Shown: positions 9,525 to 19,347 of the stretch, one piece after another
Layout: the number at the start of each line of letters is the position of its first letter
Numbering within the stretch: the first letter of the stretch is position 1
NCBI GenBank assembly: GCA_902826065.1
Contig: CADEDM010000003.1
Location: 8,045-72,044 of the forward strand
Direction: 5' to 3'
Length of the DNA stretch: 64,000 nt
Source of the DNA: an uncultured Acidobacteriota bacterium
GTDB lineage: Bacteria; Acidobacteriota; Vicinamibacteria; Vicinamibacterales; UBA2999
Program-made: the position numbers and the translations under genes
Notes under the pieces: generated by a model
Databases searched by the model: none
What the model was told of the DNA's origin: nothing
Seen by the model: the letters and a program-made list of their open reading frames with translations, nothing else

Positions 9525-10901
9525 CTACTGGGCCTCGCACGCCGCGATCAGCGCCGCCTTGCGCGCGTCGGTGGCGGGCAGCCAGCGATCCTCGACGAGC
9601 TGGCGGCACTGCGCCGCGCTCAGGCTCGTGAACGCCCAGGCGGCTTCCTGCGGACGGAACTGCGTGAGCGCCGGTGCGCAGGTCTGTCGCCACAGCTCGC
9701 CGATGGCGTCGGCGGCGTCGCGCCGCGCCGGCGCCGCGAACACGCTCTGCATGCGACGGGCGGCCGACGGGTCGACGACCCGCAGCTCGAAGCGCTTCGG
9801 CTGCGTGCTCTCCTTGGGCACGAGGTTGGCGAGATAGAACACCTTGCCGTCGGGGAAGAAGGCGGGGAAGTAGTGGCCCACGCCCTCGCTGTCAGACGTC
9901 GTGAGGCGCGTCATGCGGCCGGCGCCGGTGATGGCGCCCGACGCGTTCTTGACGAGATCCACCAGCACGACGTCGGTGATCGCCGGCGACTTGAGCCCGC
10001 CGCTCACGAACGGCGTCAGGTAGTCGTGCTTGCTGATGTGGAAGACGAGCTGCGAGCCGTCGGCGCTGAAGTCTGCCTTGCCGGCGGCGAAGCCGAAGTC
10101 GACGCGCTCGGCGCAGGTCGAGGCCTGCGCCGCCGGATCCGTGCCCAGGATCTCGAAGATCTTGAGCGAGGCGGCCTGGCCCGGCTTGCCGTCGTCGTGC
10201 GCGGCGACGTAGCGGCCGTCTTTCGAGATGAAGGGTGTGGCGAGGTCACGGGTGATCTGCGGGCACAGGCGCATCGGCGTCGTGGCGGTGACGGTGAGGG
10301 CGCCGGCCTTGCGGACGAACGTGTAGTCGACGAGACGGAAGCCGGGCATCGCCGGCTTGGTCGAGCCCGAGAACATCATGCGGTAGACGGTGGTGCCGTC
10401 GCTCGCCGAGCCTGTCGACGAGACGATTCCCACCGACTGGTAGTAGACGTCGAACACGTCGTCGTGCCGGTGCTCGTAGGCCGGTGCGACGTCGGCGGCG
10501 TCCTGGCCCGCGTCGAGCCGCGTGATGAGCGCCGCGGCGTCGTAGAAGGCGATCGTGTTGGCCTTCGTGTAGTGCGACGGCACCGTGATGTAGCGGCCAT
10601 CAGGCGTGGCGACGGCGTCCGACTTGTCGGGGATGCGCACGCGCGTGCCCGTCGTCAGGTCGTAGAGATAGTTCAGGTCGTGACTCGCGACGGCCACCAG
10701 CCTGCGGCCGGCCGCGTTCGGCACTGGACGCGCGAACCAGTTGACGTCGTCGAGCGGCGGCTCGCCCTTCGCCGGGCGCACGATTTCCACCGCGGCGCCA
10801 GGCGTGGCGACGGCGCAATAGGGCGGCACGTCGCCGGGCGCGGCCAGCGGCGCGGCGACGGTGACGGAGGCGAGAACGGCGGCAGTGAGGCGTGTGCGCA
10901 T
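9525..10901 (-). CDS. Exported TolB/PD40-like beta-propeller protein, function unknown
   Basis: 458 aa with ATG at 10901. Signal peptide MRTRLTAAVLASVTVAAPLAAPG. Recurring PD40-like motifs: TPDGRYITV, SKDGRYVAA, SADGSQLVF, FFPDGKVFY. Confidence 0.65.
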   Translation of the reverse strand: MRTRLTAAVLASVTVAAPLAAPGDVPPYCAVATPGAAVEIVRPAKGEPPLDDVNWFARPVPNAAGRRLVAVASHDLNYLYDLTTGTRVRIPDKSDAVATPDGRYITVPSHYTKANTIAFYDAAALITRLDAGQDAADVAPAYEHRHDDVFDVYYQSVGIVSSTGSASDGTTVYRMMFSGSTKPAMPGFRLVDYTFVRKAGALTVTATTPMRLCPQITRDLATPFISKDGRYVAAHDDGKPGQAASLKIFEILGTDPAAQASTCAERVDFGFAAGKADFSADGSQLVFHISKHDYLTPFVSGGLKSPAITDVVLVDLVKNASGAITGAGRMTRLTTSDSEGVGHYFPAFFPDGKVFYLANLVPKESTQPKRFELRVVDPSAARRMQSVFAAPARRDAADAIGELWRQTCAPALTQFRPQEAAWAFTSLSAAQCRQLVEDRWLPATDARKAALIAACEAQ

Positions 10902-10931
10902 GGTTCACTCGGCGTCGGCGATGACGGCGGC

Positions 10932-12611
10932 TCAGGGGCGGCGCGCCGTCATGCCGCTCGATACGACGAACACCCGGCCGGCGTGATACCCGGCCCGGCC
11001 GGACCAGCCGGCCGTGATGAGGAAGTCTACGACGGCGTCGCCGTTCACGTCGCCCAGATCGACAGCGTCGAACCCGAACGTGTCGCCGGGCACTTTCGAG
11101 GTGAAGGTGCGCAGCAGGCGGCCCGTGCCCGAGTAGAGATAGGCCCGGCCGCCGCTCGCGGCCGCCCCCGCGTACTGCCACGCGCCGACGATGAGATCCG
11201 GGACGCCGTCGCCGTCCACGTCACCGGCCCTCGACTGGCTGCTGCCGAACCCCTCGCCGGCCGTTTCTCCCGTCAACGAGAGCAGCCGGGCGCCGCTGCG
11301 CCCCGAGTGGAGGTAGATGCGGCCGGTCGAGGCCCCCTTGGCGGCGTTGGACCAGTCCGAGATGTAGACGTCGACGTGGCCATCGCGATCGACGTCGCCG
11401 GGCACGCCGACGAACATCGCGCCCAACGCCCGGTCGGTCACGTCGGCGTCGACGACGAAGGCCGGGCGATCGCGGAGCGCCGTGTAGACGTACACGCGAC
11501 CCGTCTGCGCCGGACCCGCAGCGGGCGCGCCGACCACCAACAACGGGTGGCCGTTCCGCGTCGCGCCCGAGACCGCCGCGCCGAACTGGTCGCCGTGGCG
11601 CTCGCCGGTCAGCGTGAGCAGCACACGGCCATCGCTCCCCGAGAACACGTAGGCGTGTCCGGTGGTGGCGTCGGGGCGTGCCTGTGATCCGGGCGCGCCG
11701 ATGATCACGTCTGGCACGCCGTCGCCGTCCACGTCCCCCACGCCGGCGACGTGACGTCCGAAGTCCTGGTCGGCCAGCGGCCCGCGGAACGTGCGAATCA
11801 CCCCGCCGCTCCGGCCGCCATAGACCCGGGCGACGCCGCCGCCGGGCGCCGCGGCGATCACGTCGACGATGCCGTCGCGATCCACGTCACCGGCCGCTTC
11901 CAGGCCCGTGCCGAGCTGGTCCCCGGGGGCGCCATCGGCGGTCCACAGGCGGACCCGTGACCTCGTCGAGTAGACGTAGACCCGCCCGGCGTTGGCCCCC
12001 GCGCCGGCGCGTGTGGGCGCCGACGTGACGAAGTCGTGCACGCCGTCGCCGTCGACGTCGCCGAGGCTGCGCGCGATCCATCCGAACTGGTCGTTGGCGG
12101 CCTCGCCGACGAACTCGCCGAGCACCGTCGTCGGCTCGACGAACGGGTCGGCGAAGTCGGCCGCCGTCGGCACGAGGTCCGCAAAGCGGGGCTCGGTCCG
12201 CAGCCGTTCGACCGAGGGCTCGACGTCGAGCTGGCGCATGTCGACCCGCCCGGTCAGGCGTGCCGCGAGCAGCCATCGGAAGGCGTCGTCGTTCGCGCTG
12301 CCCACGGCGTGCGCGAGGCCGAGGTCCAGCCACACGCGTGGGTCATCGGGCGCGAGCCCGTGTGCCTTCGTCGCCGCGACCAGGGCGCATGGGCCGTCGC
12401 GCAGCGTGCGGCAGGTGCGCGTGAGCAACGTCCAGGCCGTGCCATCGGAAGGCGTCGCGCGCGTGACGGCCTCGAGCGCAGCCTTCGCCGCGGCCGTGTC
12501 GCCACGCGCGAGCAGCGCCCGGGCCGCGGCGACCGTCGGGGCCGTGGGAGGTGTGGCCGGTTGCGTGAGGGCGAGCAGGGCGCCGAAGACGACGGTGAGC
12601 CGCATCGTCAC
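10932..12611 (-). CDS. Exported FG-GAP repeat (integrin-alpha-like 7-blade propeller) protein with N-terminal TPR-like region
   Basis: 559 aa from a GTG at 12611, with an alternative ATG at 12605. Six Ca-binding-like DxDxDG motifs: DVDGDGVHD, DVDRDGIVD, DVDGDGVPD, DVDRDGHVD, DVDGDGVPD, DVNGDAVVD. Each is preceded by an FG/GxxG motif. Confidence 0.85.
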   Translation of the reverse strand: MTMRLTVVFGALLALTQPATPPTAPTVAAARALLARGDTAAAKAALEAVTRATPSDGTAWTLLTRTCRTLRDGPCALVAATKAHGLAPDDPRVWLDLGLAHAVGSANDDAFRWLLAARLTGRVDMRQLDVEPSVERLRTEPRFADLVPTAADFADPFVEPTTVLGEFVGEAANDQFGWIARSLGDVDGDGVHDFVTSAPTRAGAGANAGRVYVYSTRSRVRLWTADGAPGDQLGTGLEAAGDVDRDGIVDVIAAAPGGGVARVYGGRSGGVIRTFRGPLADQDFGRHVAGVGDVDGDGVPDVIIGAPGSQARPDATTGHAYVFSGSDGRVLLTLTGERHGDQFGAAVSGATRNGHPLLVVGAPAAGPAQTGRVYVYTALRDRPAFVVDADVTDRALGAMFVGVPGDVDRDGHVDVYISDWSNAAKGASTGRIYLHSGRSGARLLSLTGETAGEGFGSSQSRAGDVDGDGVPDLIVGAWQYAGAAASGGRAYLYSGTGRLLRTFTSKVPGDTFGFDAVDLGDVNGDAVVDFLITAGWSGRAGYHAGRVFVVSSGMTARRP

Positions 12612-12693
12612 ACTCTGCGATGCCGGCGCCGCGTGCGGCTATCGCGCGCTTGCTCGCGGCCGTCCCCGCGCCCGTCCCGCGGCCGGCGGGCCG

Positions 12694-13494
12694 CTACGGC
12701 GGCGTGGTGCGCATGAACATCAGCGCCTGGGGGAACGTGACGTCGATCTTCCGGAGCTCGTCCGCGTGGGTCAGGCCGTCGAGGCGCTGCAGGCGCACGC
12801 GCGTCCCCGGCAGCCGCGATTCGTAGCGCACCACGCTGGCCATCGCGCCGGCGTTGCGCGTGCCCACCAGCCACAACGTCGGACAACGCAGGTCGGCGGG
12901 TTCCACCGGCGGGTAATCGAGCAGCGCCGACATCCACGCCGCCTCGACCGGGGGCGTGCTGCTGTCCCGCAGGCGCTCGAGAATCACGTCGCGGAACATC
13001 GGGTCGGCCGCAGGGCCGAACGGGATGCCGATGTAGAGCATCGACGAGACGCGCGGCGATCGCCTGGCGACGTAGCGGCCGATGTTGGCGCCGTAGGAGA
13101 AGCCCCACAGCGAGAACCGCGGCGCCTGGGCGGCGTCGGCGACGGCGAGGACGTCGGCGATCAGCTTCTCGATCGCGTAGGCCTCCTTCGTCGTGGGCGC
13201 GTCGCTCTCGCCGCTGCCGCGGAAGTCCATCGTGATGACGCGGAACATCGGCGCCAGGCGGGCGACGTAGCCGGCGTCGTGCCAGGCGCGCCGCGTCTGG
13301 CCGCCGCCGTGCAGCAGCAGGATCGGCGGCCCGGAGCCGATGACGTCGAACGCCAGGCGGGTGCCGTCGGGCGAGCGCGCGAACCGCGTCGCGCCACGCG
13401 TCTGTGCCGAGGCGTCGGCGGCCGACAGCGTCGCGACGGCCACCGCGACGACGCATCCGGAACGAAGGCGACGGAGAGCAGGCAACGAGAGCAT
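12694..13494 (-). CDS. Exported alpha/beta-fold hydrolase
   Basis: The real start is the ATG at 13494 (MLSLPALRRL...AADASAQ signal) inside a longer 496-aa ORF. Motifs: LLLHGGGQTRRAW, nucleophile elbow GFSYGA, and a C-terminal GLTHADE His motif. Confidence 0.85.
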   Translation of the reverse strand: MLSLPALRRLRSGCVVAVAVATLSAADASAQTRGATRFARSPDGTRLAFDVIGSGPPILLLHGGGQTRRAWHDAGYVARLAPMFRVITMDFRGSGESDAPTTKEAYAIEKLIADVLAVADAAQAPRFSLWGFSYGANIGRYVARRSPRVSSMLYIGIPFGPAADPMFRDVILERLRDSSTPPVEAAWMSALLDYPPVEPADLRCPTLWLVGTRNAGAMASVVRYESRLPGTRVRLQRLDGLTHADELRKIDVTFPQALMFMRTTPP

Positions 13495-13532
13495 CGGGCA
13501 CGAGTATCCATGCCCGGCTGCGACGCCGTCCA

Positions 13533-16187
13533 CTAGTCCCCGCGCATCGCCTGCAGCGGATCCACCCGCGTGGCCTGCCAGGCCGGCACGAGACCGCCGA
13601 GCGCCGCCGCCGCCAGCATGGCGGCGACGACGGCGATGAACGCTGCCGGGTCCCAGACGTCGACGTCCACGAGCTGGCTGGCGAGCAGGCGGTTGGTCGC
13701 CAGCGAGACGAGCAGCCCGGCGCCGAGGCCGGTGAGCACGGACAGCACGCCCTGGCTGGCGACCAGGCGCACGATCGCGGCGCCGCTCGCCCCCAGCGCG
13801 ATGCGGACGCTGATCTCCTGGCGGCGTGCCGCGACCCCGGCCAGCATCACCGCGAGCACGCCCAGCGCGGCGAGGCCGAGCGCGATGGCCGCGAAGCCGA
13901 GGAACAGGCCGCCGCTGAGGCCGCGCTTCCAGTAGGTGCCGGCGTTCCACTCCTCGAGGGTGTACGGCCCCAGCCACACCGGCACCGCGGGATCCGACGC
14001 CTGGATGGCGCGGCGCACCGGCGCAATGAGCGTGCGGGGCGGCACGCCCGCCGCCGTCCGCACCAGCCACCAGGTACCGCCACCGGGACGCTGCCGCATG
14101 GCCCGGTAGACCGACGGCTCGACCTCGGTGCGTGCGCGATCGCCCTGCTGCAGGTCGGGCGCCACGCCCACGACGCGCAGCCACGGTCCGATGGTGGTGC
14201 CGCTGCGCGTCCGCAGCCGGCGGCCGAGGACGTCCTCGGTCCCCCAGTGGAGCGCGGCGAAGCGGCGGTTCACGATGGCCACCGGGACCGCCGCTTCGTC
14301 ATCCCGGGCGTCGAAGTCGCGACCGGCGACGAGCGACGTGCCCAGCGTGGCGAAGTAGCCCTCGCTGATCGTCGATTGCCGGACCGGCACCGCCTGATCG
14401 TCCGGTGTCGGAATCCGCCCCTCGATCTCGATCTGGAGGGCCGCGGTGCGTTGCCCGGCCACCCCGTCGGCCATGGCCACCGACTCGATGCCCGGCAATG
14501 CCCGCAACGCGCCCGCCGTGCGTTCGAAGAAGCGGGACTGCGACACCGGATCGGGATAGATCGACCGCGGCAAGGTGGAGAGCGCGACCACCACGCGGCT
14601 CGGGTCGTAGCCGAGCGGGCGCAGGTGCACCTTGAGGAAGCTGTGGACGAGCACACCCGCGGCCGACAGGAGCACGACGGCCAGGCCCACCTGCGCCGCC
14701 ACGATGGCGTGCATCACCCCGCGTCGTGCCGCATGACCGACCGCGCCGCGCGTGCCGTCGCGCAGCGCACCGTGCACGTCGACCTGTGTGGCGCGCAGCG
14801 CCGGGACCAGGCCGGTGACGACGGCCGTGACGGTGACGATACCGACCAGGTAGGCGAGCACCCGTCCGTCGATCGCGAAGTCGAGGAGCTGCGACGCCCA
14901 CGGCTGCGTCGGCGCGATCGCCACCGCGGCATAGGCGCGCACCAGCAGCGGACTGACGCCCCACGCCACTGCGCCGCCGGCGGCGGCGAGCAGCAGGCTC
15001 TCGACCAGGTGCAGCCGCGCCACGCGCAGCCGGCCGGCGCCCAGGGCGAGGCGCACTGCGACTTCCCGCGTGCGTCCGGCGGCGCGGGCGAGGAGCAGGG
15101 TCACGAGGTTGGCGCAGGCGATCAGGAGCAGCACGCCGACGCCGACCCAGAGCGCGCCGTAGGTCGTCGCCGCATCGGGCGCGATGAAGAACTCCGGGAA
15201 GGTGTAGACCGCGGGGGCGACGCCGGTATTGGTGGCGGGGTACAGGGCCGCCACCTGCGTGCCGACCGCCTGCATCTCGGCACGTGCCTGCGCGAGCGTC
15301 GTCCCCTGCTGCAGCCGCGCGACGGCGACCCACAGACCGCGGCCGTTGCGCGGTTGCGCCGCCACGCGCGGACCCATCGGCATCCACAGATCCTGGCGCT
15401 GCGGGAAGAAGAAGCCGGGCGGCATCACACCGACGATGGTCACCGGCTCGCCGTTGACGGCGATGGTCGTGCCCACGGCTGCCGGATCCGCGGCGAACCG
15501 CGTGCGCCAGAAGTCGGCGTGCAGGAGGGCGACGCGCGGCGCACCGGGCCGATCGTCGTCGGACGTGAAGTCACGGCCCATGGCCGGCGCCACGCGCAGG
15601 AGGCCGAACAGGCCGGCGGTCACCTCGGTGGCAGTCGCCGTCTCGACGCTGCGGCCGGTGTCGATCGACACGCGCAGGTCGGCCACCGCTTCGAGGCCGG
15701 TGAAGCTGGTCGTGGCGCCGCGCCAGTCGAGGAGATCGAGATACGAGAGACAGCAGCCGCGTCCGGCCGTGACGTAGACGAGGGCGTCCTGATCGGGGAC
15801 GCCGCGGAAGCCCTTGAACAACGTCGCGTTGGTGACCGTGAACACGGCGAGATTCACGGCGATGCCCGCGCCCAGCACGGCGATGGAGGCGGTGGCGAAT
15901 CCGGGCGTGCGCCGCAGGCCGCGCAGCGCGTCGCGGACATCGCCGGCGAGATGCTCGATCCACGGCACGCCGCGCTGATCGTGGACGCGTTCTCGCGCCG
16001 CCACCACGCTGCCGAACTGCACGGCGGCGCGCCGGCGTGCGTCGGCGCGCGGCACGCCATCCCGCTCGAGGTCATCCGCGGCGAGGTCCAGATGCGCCTG
16101 CAGTTCGTCGTCGAGATCGGCCGGCGGCCGGGCCCGGCGCAGCGACGCCGCCAGGCGCAGCCAGCGTTCGCGCCAGCGCCCACTCAC
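13533..16187 (-). CDS. ADOP-family duplicated FtsX/MacB-like permease with prefix domain
   Basis: 884 aa. Prefix region DLDDELQAHLDLAADDLERDGVPRADARRRAAVQFG, followed by LRGLRRTPGFATASI. Ends VDPLQAMRGD*. Its start overlaps the PadR stop by 4 nt (ATGA). Confidence 0.9.
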   Translation of the reverse strand: MSGRWRERWLRLAASLRRARPPADLDDELQAHLDLAADDLERDGVPRADARRRAAVQFGSVVAARERVHDQRGVPWIEHLAGDVRDALRGLRRTPGFATASIAVLGAGIAVNLAVFTVTNATLFKGFRGVPDQDALVYVTAGRGCCLSYLDLLDWRGATTSFTGLEAVADLRVSIDTGRSVETATATEVTAGLFGLLRVAPAMGRDFTSDDDRPGAPRVALLHADFWRTRFAADPAAVGTTIAVNGEPVTIVGVMPPGFFFPQRQDLWMPMGPRVAAQPRNGRGLWVAVARLQQGTTLAQARAEMQAVGTQVAALYPATNTGVAPAVYTFPEFFIAPDAATTYGALWVGVGVLLLIACANLVTLLLARAAGRTREVAVRLALGAGRLRVARLHLVESLLLAAAGGAVAWGVSPLLVRAYAAVAIAPTQPWASQLLDFAIDGRVLAYLVGIVTVTAVVTGLVPALRATQVDVHGALRDGTRGAVGHAARRGVMHAIVAAQVGLAVVLLSAAGVLVHSFLKVHLRPLGYDPSRVVVALSTLPRSIYPDPVSQSRFFERTAGALRALPGIESVAMADGVAGQRTAALQIEIEGRIPTPDDQAVPVRQSTISEGYFATLGTSLVAGRDFDARDDEAAVPVAIVNRRFAALHWGTEDVLGRRLRTRSGTTIGPWLRVVGVAPDLQQGDRARTEVEPSVYRAMRQRPGGGTWWLVRTAAGVPPRTLIAPVRRAIQASDPAVPVWLGPYTLEEWNAGTYWKRGLSGGLFLGFAAIALGLAALGVLAVMLAGVAARRQEISVRIALGASGAAIVRLVASQGVLSVLTGLGAGLLVSLATNRLLASQLVDVDVWDPAAFIAVVAAMLAAAALGGLVPAWQATRVDPLQAMRGD

Positions 16188-16531
16188 GCGTCGTGTCCCG
16201 TCGACGGCGCGAGTACGCGGCCGACGACCGCGGTGAGCCGGTCCCAGTAGCTGCGCTCTGCCTGCAGCTGCGTCCTGCCCGCCTTGGTGATGGCGTAGAA
16301 CTTGGCGCGGCGATTCGCCTCAGACGTGCCCCATTCCGCCGCGATCCAGCCGCGTTGCTGGAGCCGCACGAGGGACGCGTAGATCGTGCCCTGGTTCAGC
16401 AGCACTTCGTCGCCGCTGCGCCGTTCGATGCGCCGCGCCAGGCCGTAGCCGTGCTGCGGCCCCATCGTGGCCAGGGTCTGCAGCACCAGCAGGTCGAGGG
16501 TGCCCTGCATCAGATCGAGTTTGGTCGGCAT
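16184..16531 (-). CDS. PadR-family transcriptional regulator (acidobacterial type)
   Basis: 115 aa. Motif: QGTLDLLVLQTLATMGPQHGYGLARRI...GTIYASLVRLQQRGWI...KFYAITKAG. Lies 18 nt downstream of one ADOP gene and overlaps the next. Confidence 0.93.
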   Translation of the reverse strand: MPTKLDLMQGTLDLLVLQTLATMGPQHGYGLARRIERRSGDEVLLNQGTIYASLVRLQQRGWIAAEWGTSEANRRAKFYAITKAGRTQLQAERSYWDRLTAVVGRVLAPSTGHDA

Positions 16532-16549
16532 GCGGATGACGCTCCGAAT

Positions 16550-19231
16550 TCAGTCGTGACGCAGGACGACGGCCGGGTCGACGGCGAGGGCGCGGCGCAC
16601 CGGAAGGCGGCACGCCCCGATCGCGACGGCCACCAGGACGACGGATGTCGCCACCAGCACCAGCGGGTCGAACGGCGACACGCCGACCAGCTGCGACCGA
16701 AGCAGGCGGTTGACGGCCAGCGCCCCGAGCATTCCGGCTGCGAGACCCACGGCCACCGGGCGCAGCCCTTCCGCCAGCACCAGGCGGCGGATGTCGCGTG
16801 CGCCGGCGCCGACGGCCATGCGCACGCCGATCTCGCGCGTTCGCTGCGCCACGGCATGGGCGATGACGGCCACGAGGCCCGTGCCGGCGAGCAGCAGCGC
16901 CAGGCCCGCGAAGACCGGCGCCAGCGTGGCGTACTTGCCCAGTTCGCTGTGCTCGGCGTCCATGTAGTCGCGGTCGTAGCGGAAGGTGCCCTGCAACGTG
17001 TCGACGTAGTCGAGCTCGACGTCACCGTCGACGGCTTGAATCTCGGCGCGGACTGCGGCCGCGAGTCGATCCGCCGGACCGGCCGTGCGCAGCAGGAAGA
17101 ACGCCCGTCGCGTCGGCGGATCCTGCGCGAGCGGCACGTACACGTGGGGCTTGAACTGCTGCCGGAGTGCGTCGCTGTGCATGACGTTGGTGACCAGGCC
17201 GACCACCTGCACCCACGGTCCGGGCCCGTCGCGTCCGAGCGCGCGGAGACGCTTGCCCACGGCCGGCTCGCCCGGCCACCACAGCGCCGCGAAGCGCTCG
17301 TTGACGACGGCCACCGGCGCCGACGCGCCGACGTCCTGCTGGGTGAAGTCGCGGCCGTCGAGGATCCGGGCGCCGATCACGTCGAAGTAGCCGGGCGACG
17401 CCGTCGCCACGGACGTGGCACTGCGCCGGTCGTCCGCCGCCAGCGGCTGCCCCTCGACTTCCACCCGGCGCGTGCCACTGCCGAACTTCACCGGCACGGT
17501 GTTCGACAGCGCCACACGCTCGACGCCGCCGAGCGACCGCAACCGATCGGCGATGCGGTCGAAACCGAGCAAGCGCGCCTCGGGCGACGGATACCGCTCC
17601 GAGGGCAGGCGCAGCATGCCGACCAGCACCGCCTCCGGATGTCGGACGCCGGTCTCGGCGTTGAGGATGTTGGCGAGGCTGCGCGCCAGCACGCCCGCAC
17701 CGGCGAGCAGCACCACGGCGAGCGTCATCTGGCCGGCGACGAGCGCGGTGACGACGCGCCGCGTCTGCCGCGTCTGCGTGACACCGCGGCCCTCGTCGCG
17801 CAGCGTGCCGGTTGCGCCGAGCTGCAGGATGCGCACGACCGGCGCCAGCGAGATCAGCGCTCCCGCTGCCACCGACGCAGCGGCGAGATACAGCCACGTG
17901 CCGGCGGTGAGGGTGTAATCCACGGCCTGGTACTGCGAGGCGGCCATCGCCGCCCAGCGCGTCACGCCCCACTGCATGAGCACGCCGGCCGGCATCGCGG
18001 CAGCGGCGACGAGGATGGTGCTTTCAACGAGCAGTCCGCGCACCATCCTGGCGCGGCCGGCGCCGAGCGCGAGGCACGTGGCGAACTCGCGCCACCGGCC
18101 CACCGTGCGCACCAGCGTGAGGTTCGCGACGTTGGCGCACGCGACGAGCAGCACGAGGCACCCCGCGATCCAGGTCGATCCCCAGATCACGCGCGCGTCG
18201 GCGCCGCTCGAGAACTGCGCGTGATCCACCGCCGACGGCACCAGCCCGCGGTTCGTGTCGGGATACGCCGCGGCGAGAGCGAGGTTGATCGCCTCCAGTT
18301 CCGCCCGGGCCTGGGCGAGCGACACGCCCTTGCGCAACCGGCCAACCGCCGTGAACGCGCCGGGCGTGAGCCCGCGGCGCGCAGTGTCCGCCGTGGGCAC
18401 GAGGGGCATCCACACGCCGCCGCTCGCCGCGATCGGGAACTCGAAGCCGGGCGGCATCACGCCCACGATCTGGCCCGGCTGGCCGTTGACCAGTACCGCG
18501 GCGCCGACGACGTCGTCGCGCGCGCCGAAGCGCGTGCGCCAGATGCGGTCGCTGAGCAGCAGCACCGGCCGCGCCCCGGGCACGGCATCGGCGGCCGTGA
18601 AATCGCGCCCGTGCGCCGGCGGCACGCCGAGCAGCCCGAACAGGTTCGTGCCGACGGCGGCGGCGCCGAGATCAAGGGCCCGGCCGTGGTCGTCGCGTAC
18701 CGCCACCGGGCCGCCGCCAATCGCTGCAATGCCCTGGAACGACCGCGCCCGGGCCTGCCACTCGCCGACATCGGCATACGAGAGGCAGCAGCGCCCGAGC
18801 GCATCGTGCTCCTGCAGGTAGACGATCTCGTGACCGCGCGGCACCTGCGGGGCGCCGCGGAGCAGCATCGCGTCCATCACCGCGTAGACCGTGGTGTTGA
18901 GCGCCAGGGCCAGCGTCAACATCGCCACCGACGCCAGCGCGTAGCGCCAGTCGCGGCGAAGGCCCCGCACCGCCAGCCGCAGATCGTGGAGGCAGGCGTC
19001 GACCCACGCGAGGCCGCCGGCGTCCCGGTGCGCGTCACGCGCCGTGGTCATCGGCCCGAACGCCAGTCGCGCGCGCCGGTGCGCTTCGGCCCTCGGCACG
19101 CCCTGCTGTTCGAGGTCATCGACGGCCAGGTCCAGGTGTGCGGCGGCCTCGGCATCGAACTCGCGGTCGAGGAGGTCTCCATGCAGCGCGGCACGCAGAC
19201 GCCGCCAGGCGCGGCGCAGGGCGGCCGTCAT
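16550..19231 (-). CDS. ADOP-family duplicated FtsX/MacB-like permease with prefix domain
   Basis: 893 aa with ATG at 19231. Prefix region LDREFDAEAAAHLDLAVDDLEQQGVPRAEAHRRARLAFG. Ends VDPAVVLRHD*. Lies 116 nt downstream of the MacB permease gene on the same strand. Confidence 0.9.
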   Translation of the reverse strand: MTAALRRAWRRLRAALHGDLLDREFDAEAAAHLDLAVDDLEQQGVPRAEAHRRARLAFGPMTTARDAHRDAGGLAWVDACLHDLRLAVRGLRRDWRYALASVAMLTLALALNTTVYAVMDAMLLRGAPQVPRGHEIVYLQEHDALGRCCLSYADVGEWQARARSFQGIAAIGGGPVAVRDDHGRALDLGAAAVGTNLFGLLGVPPAHGRDFTAADAVPGARPVLLLSDRIWRTRFGARDDVVGAAVLVNGQPGQIVGVMPPGFEFPIAASGGVWMPLVPTADTARRGLTPGAFTAVGRLRKGVSLAQARAELEAINLALAAAYPDTNRGLVPSAVDHAQFSSGADARVIWGSTWIAGCLVLLVACANVANLTLVRTVGRWREFATCLALGAGRARMVRGLLVESTILVAAAAMPAGVLMQWGVTRWAAMAASQYQAVDYTLTAGTWLYLAAASVAAGALISLAPVVRILQLGATGTLRDEGRGVTQTRQTRRVVTALVAGQMTLAVVLLAGAGVLARSLANILNAETGVRHPEAVLVGMLRLPSERYPSPEARLLGFDRIADRLRSLGGVERVALSNTVPVKFGSGTRRVEVEGQPLAADDRRSATSVATASPGYFDVIGARILDGRDFTQQDVGASAPVAVVNERFAALWWPGEPAVGKRLRALGRDGPGPWVQVVGLVTNVMHSDALRQQFKPHVYVPLAQDPPTRRAFFLLRTAGPADRLAAAVRAEIQAVDGDVELDYVDTLQGTFRYDRDYMDAEHSELGKYATLAPVFAGLALLLAGTGLVAVIAHAVAQRTREIGVRMAVGAGARDIRRLVLAEGLRPVAVGLAAGMLGALAVNRLLRSQLVGVSPFDPLVLVATSVVLVAVAIGACRLPVRRALAVDPAVVLRHD

Positions 19232-19269
19232 GCGAGGGCTCGAGGCAGGGTGCGCGTCACGGGCGTTTC

Positions 19270-19319
19270 CTGTGGGACGGCCACAGTACTACCCGAGGCC
19301 CCTGTGGCATGTCCACAGG
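19270..19319. promoter_or_regulatory. Two related inverted repeats (CTGTGG-N5-CCACAG) in the macB-permease/ADOP intergenic gap
   Basis: IR1 is ctgtgg-gacgg-ccacag at 19270-19286. IR2 is cctgtgg-catgt-ccacagg at 19301-19319. Their centres are 32 bp apart. They could be operators or weak stem-loops. Confidence 0.4.
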
Positions 19320-19347
19320 AATCTGGCCGCGGCCCGCGACCGTGGCC

